Shown one piece after another: positions 63,730 through 64,000 of a stretch of 64,000 bases of DNA. How positions within the stretch are numbered: the first letter of the stretch is position 1; the number at the start of each line of letters is the position of its first letter. Below the pieces are notes generated by a model. It saw only the letters and a program-made list of their open reading frames with translations. It was not told the DNA's origin and searched no databases. The translations under genes and the position numbers were made by a program. Source of the DNA: Balamuthia mandrillaris (Eukaryota); assembly GCA_031835245.2 (NCBI GenBank), contig JAVKOQ020000049.1:124001-188000 (forward strand), in the 5' to 3' direction.

Positions 63730-64000
63730 ATGAGGGTTTGGGTGAAGACGATTAAAGACGGGCGTTTCCCTTTGGATGTGGAGCAAGATGAACAGGTTCG
63801 TTCTTTTCTTCCTTTTTTTTTAAAAAAAAAACAATTGAAGTAATAAAATTTAAATAAAAAATTAAAAGGTACAAGCGGTAAAGAAAAGGATTGAGCATGT
63901 TCGAAATGTGCGGCTCACCCCAGAAGCTAAGCTCGTGTACAACGGGAAGCCTTTGTCCGACGAGACCTCCCTTTCTCACCACTCCATCCACGAGAACGCT
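63730..64000 (+). CDS. Ubiquitin-like domain protein (RAD23-like UBL), 3'-truncated
   Basis: MRVWVKTIKDGRFPLDVEQDEQ|VQAVKKRIE...KLVYNGKPLSDETSLSHHSIHEN; intron ~63796-63869; missing from ORF track. Confidence 0.8.

Overview
Gene-dense, intron-rich eukaryotic DNA with about 30 protein-coding loci in 64 kb. Short GT-AG introns carry CT/TTC microsatellites on the sense strand. Gene content and style suggest a free-living amoebozoan, possibly Balamuthia-like (inference, not verified). Recognisable genes: acetyl-CoA transporter (partial), two RasGEFs, calmodulin-like protein, tRNA-Ser(AGA), SDR, IPP isomerase, GATA factor, two mitochondrial carriers, EIF1AD, ATPase inhibitor IF1, kelch protein, P4-ATPase, RPA2, macrodomain, MORN and a ubiquitin-like gene (partial). 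Structures not evident from the ORF track: (1) an F-box fused to an atypical Rho-family GTPase across a ~900-bp satellite intron, with a frameshift and an internal TAG; (2) a U12-type intron in the P4-ATPase; (3) a box C/D snoRNA candidate in the EIF1AD intron; (4) a recurrent TGTCGACA/GTCGTCACG motif in promoter regions, including a perfect 20-bp palindrome; (5) a decayed M60-like/cadherin/PA14 surface-protein gene; (6) a bacterial-like orphan gene and an intronless giant-virus-type F-box/ankyrin gene. Gene spans were spliced by eye and family calls rest on motif recognition; no database searches were run.
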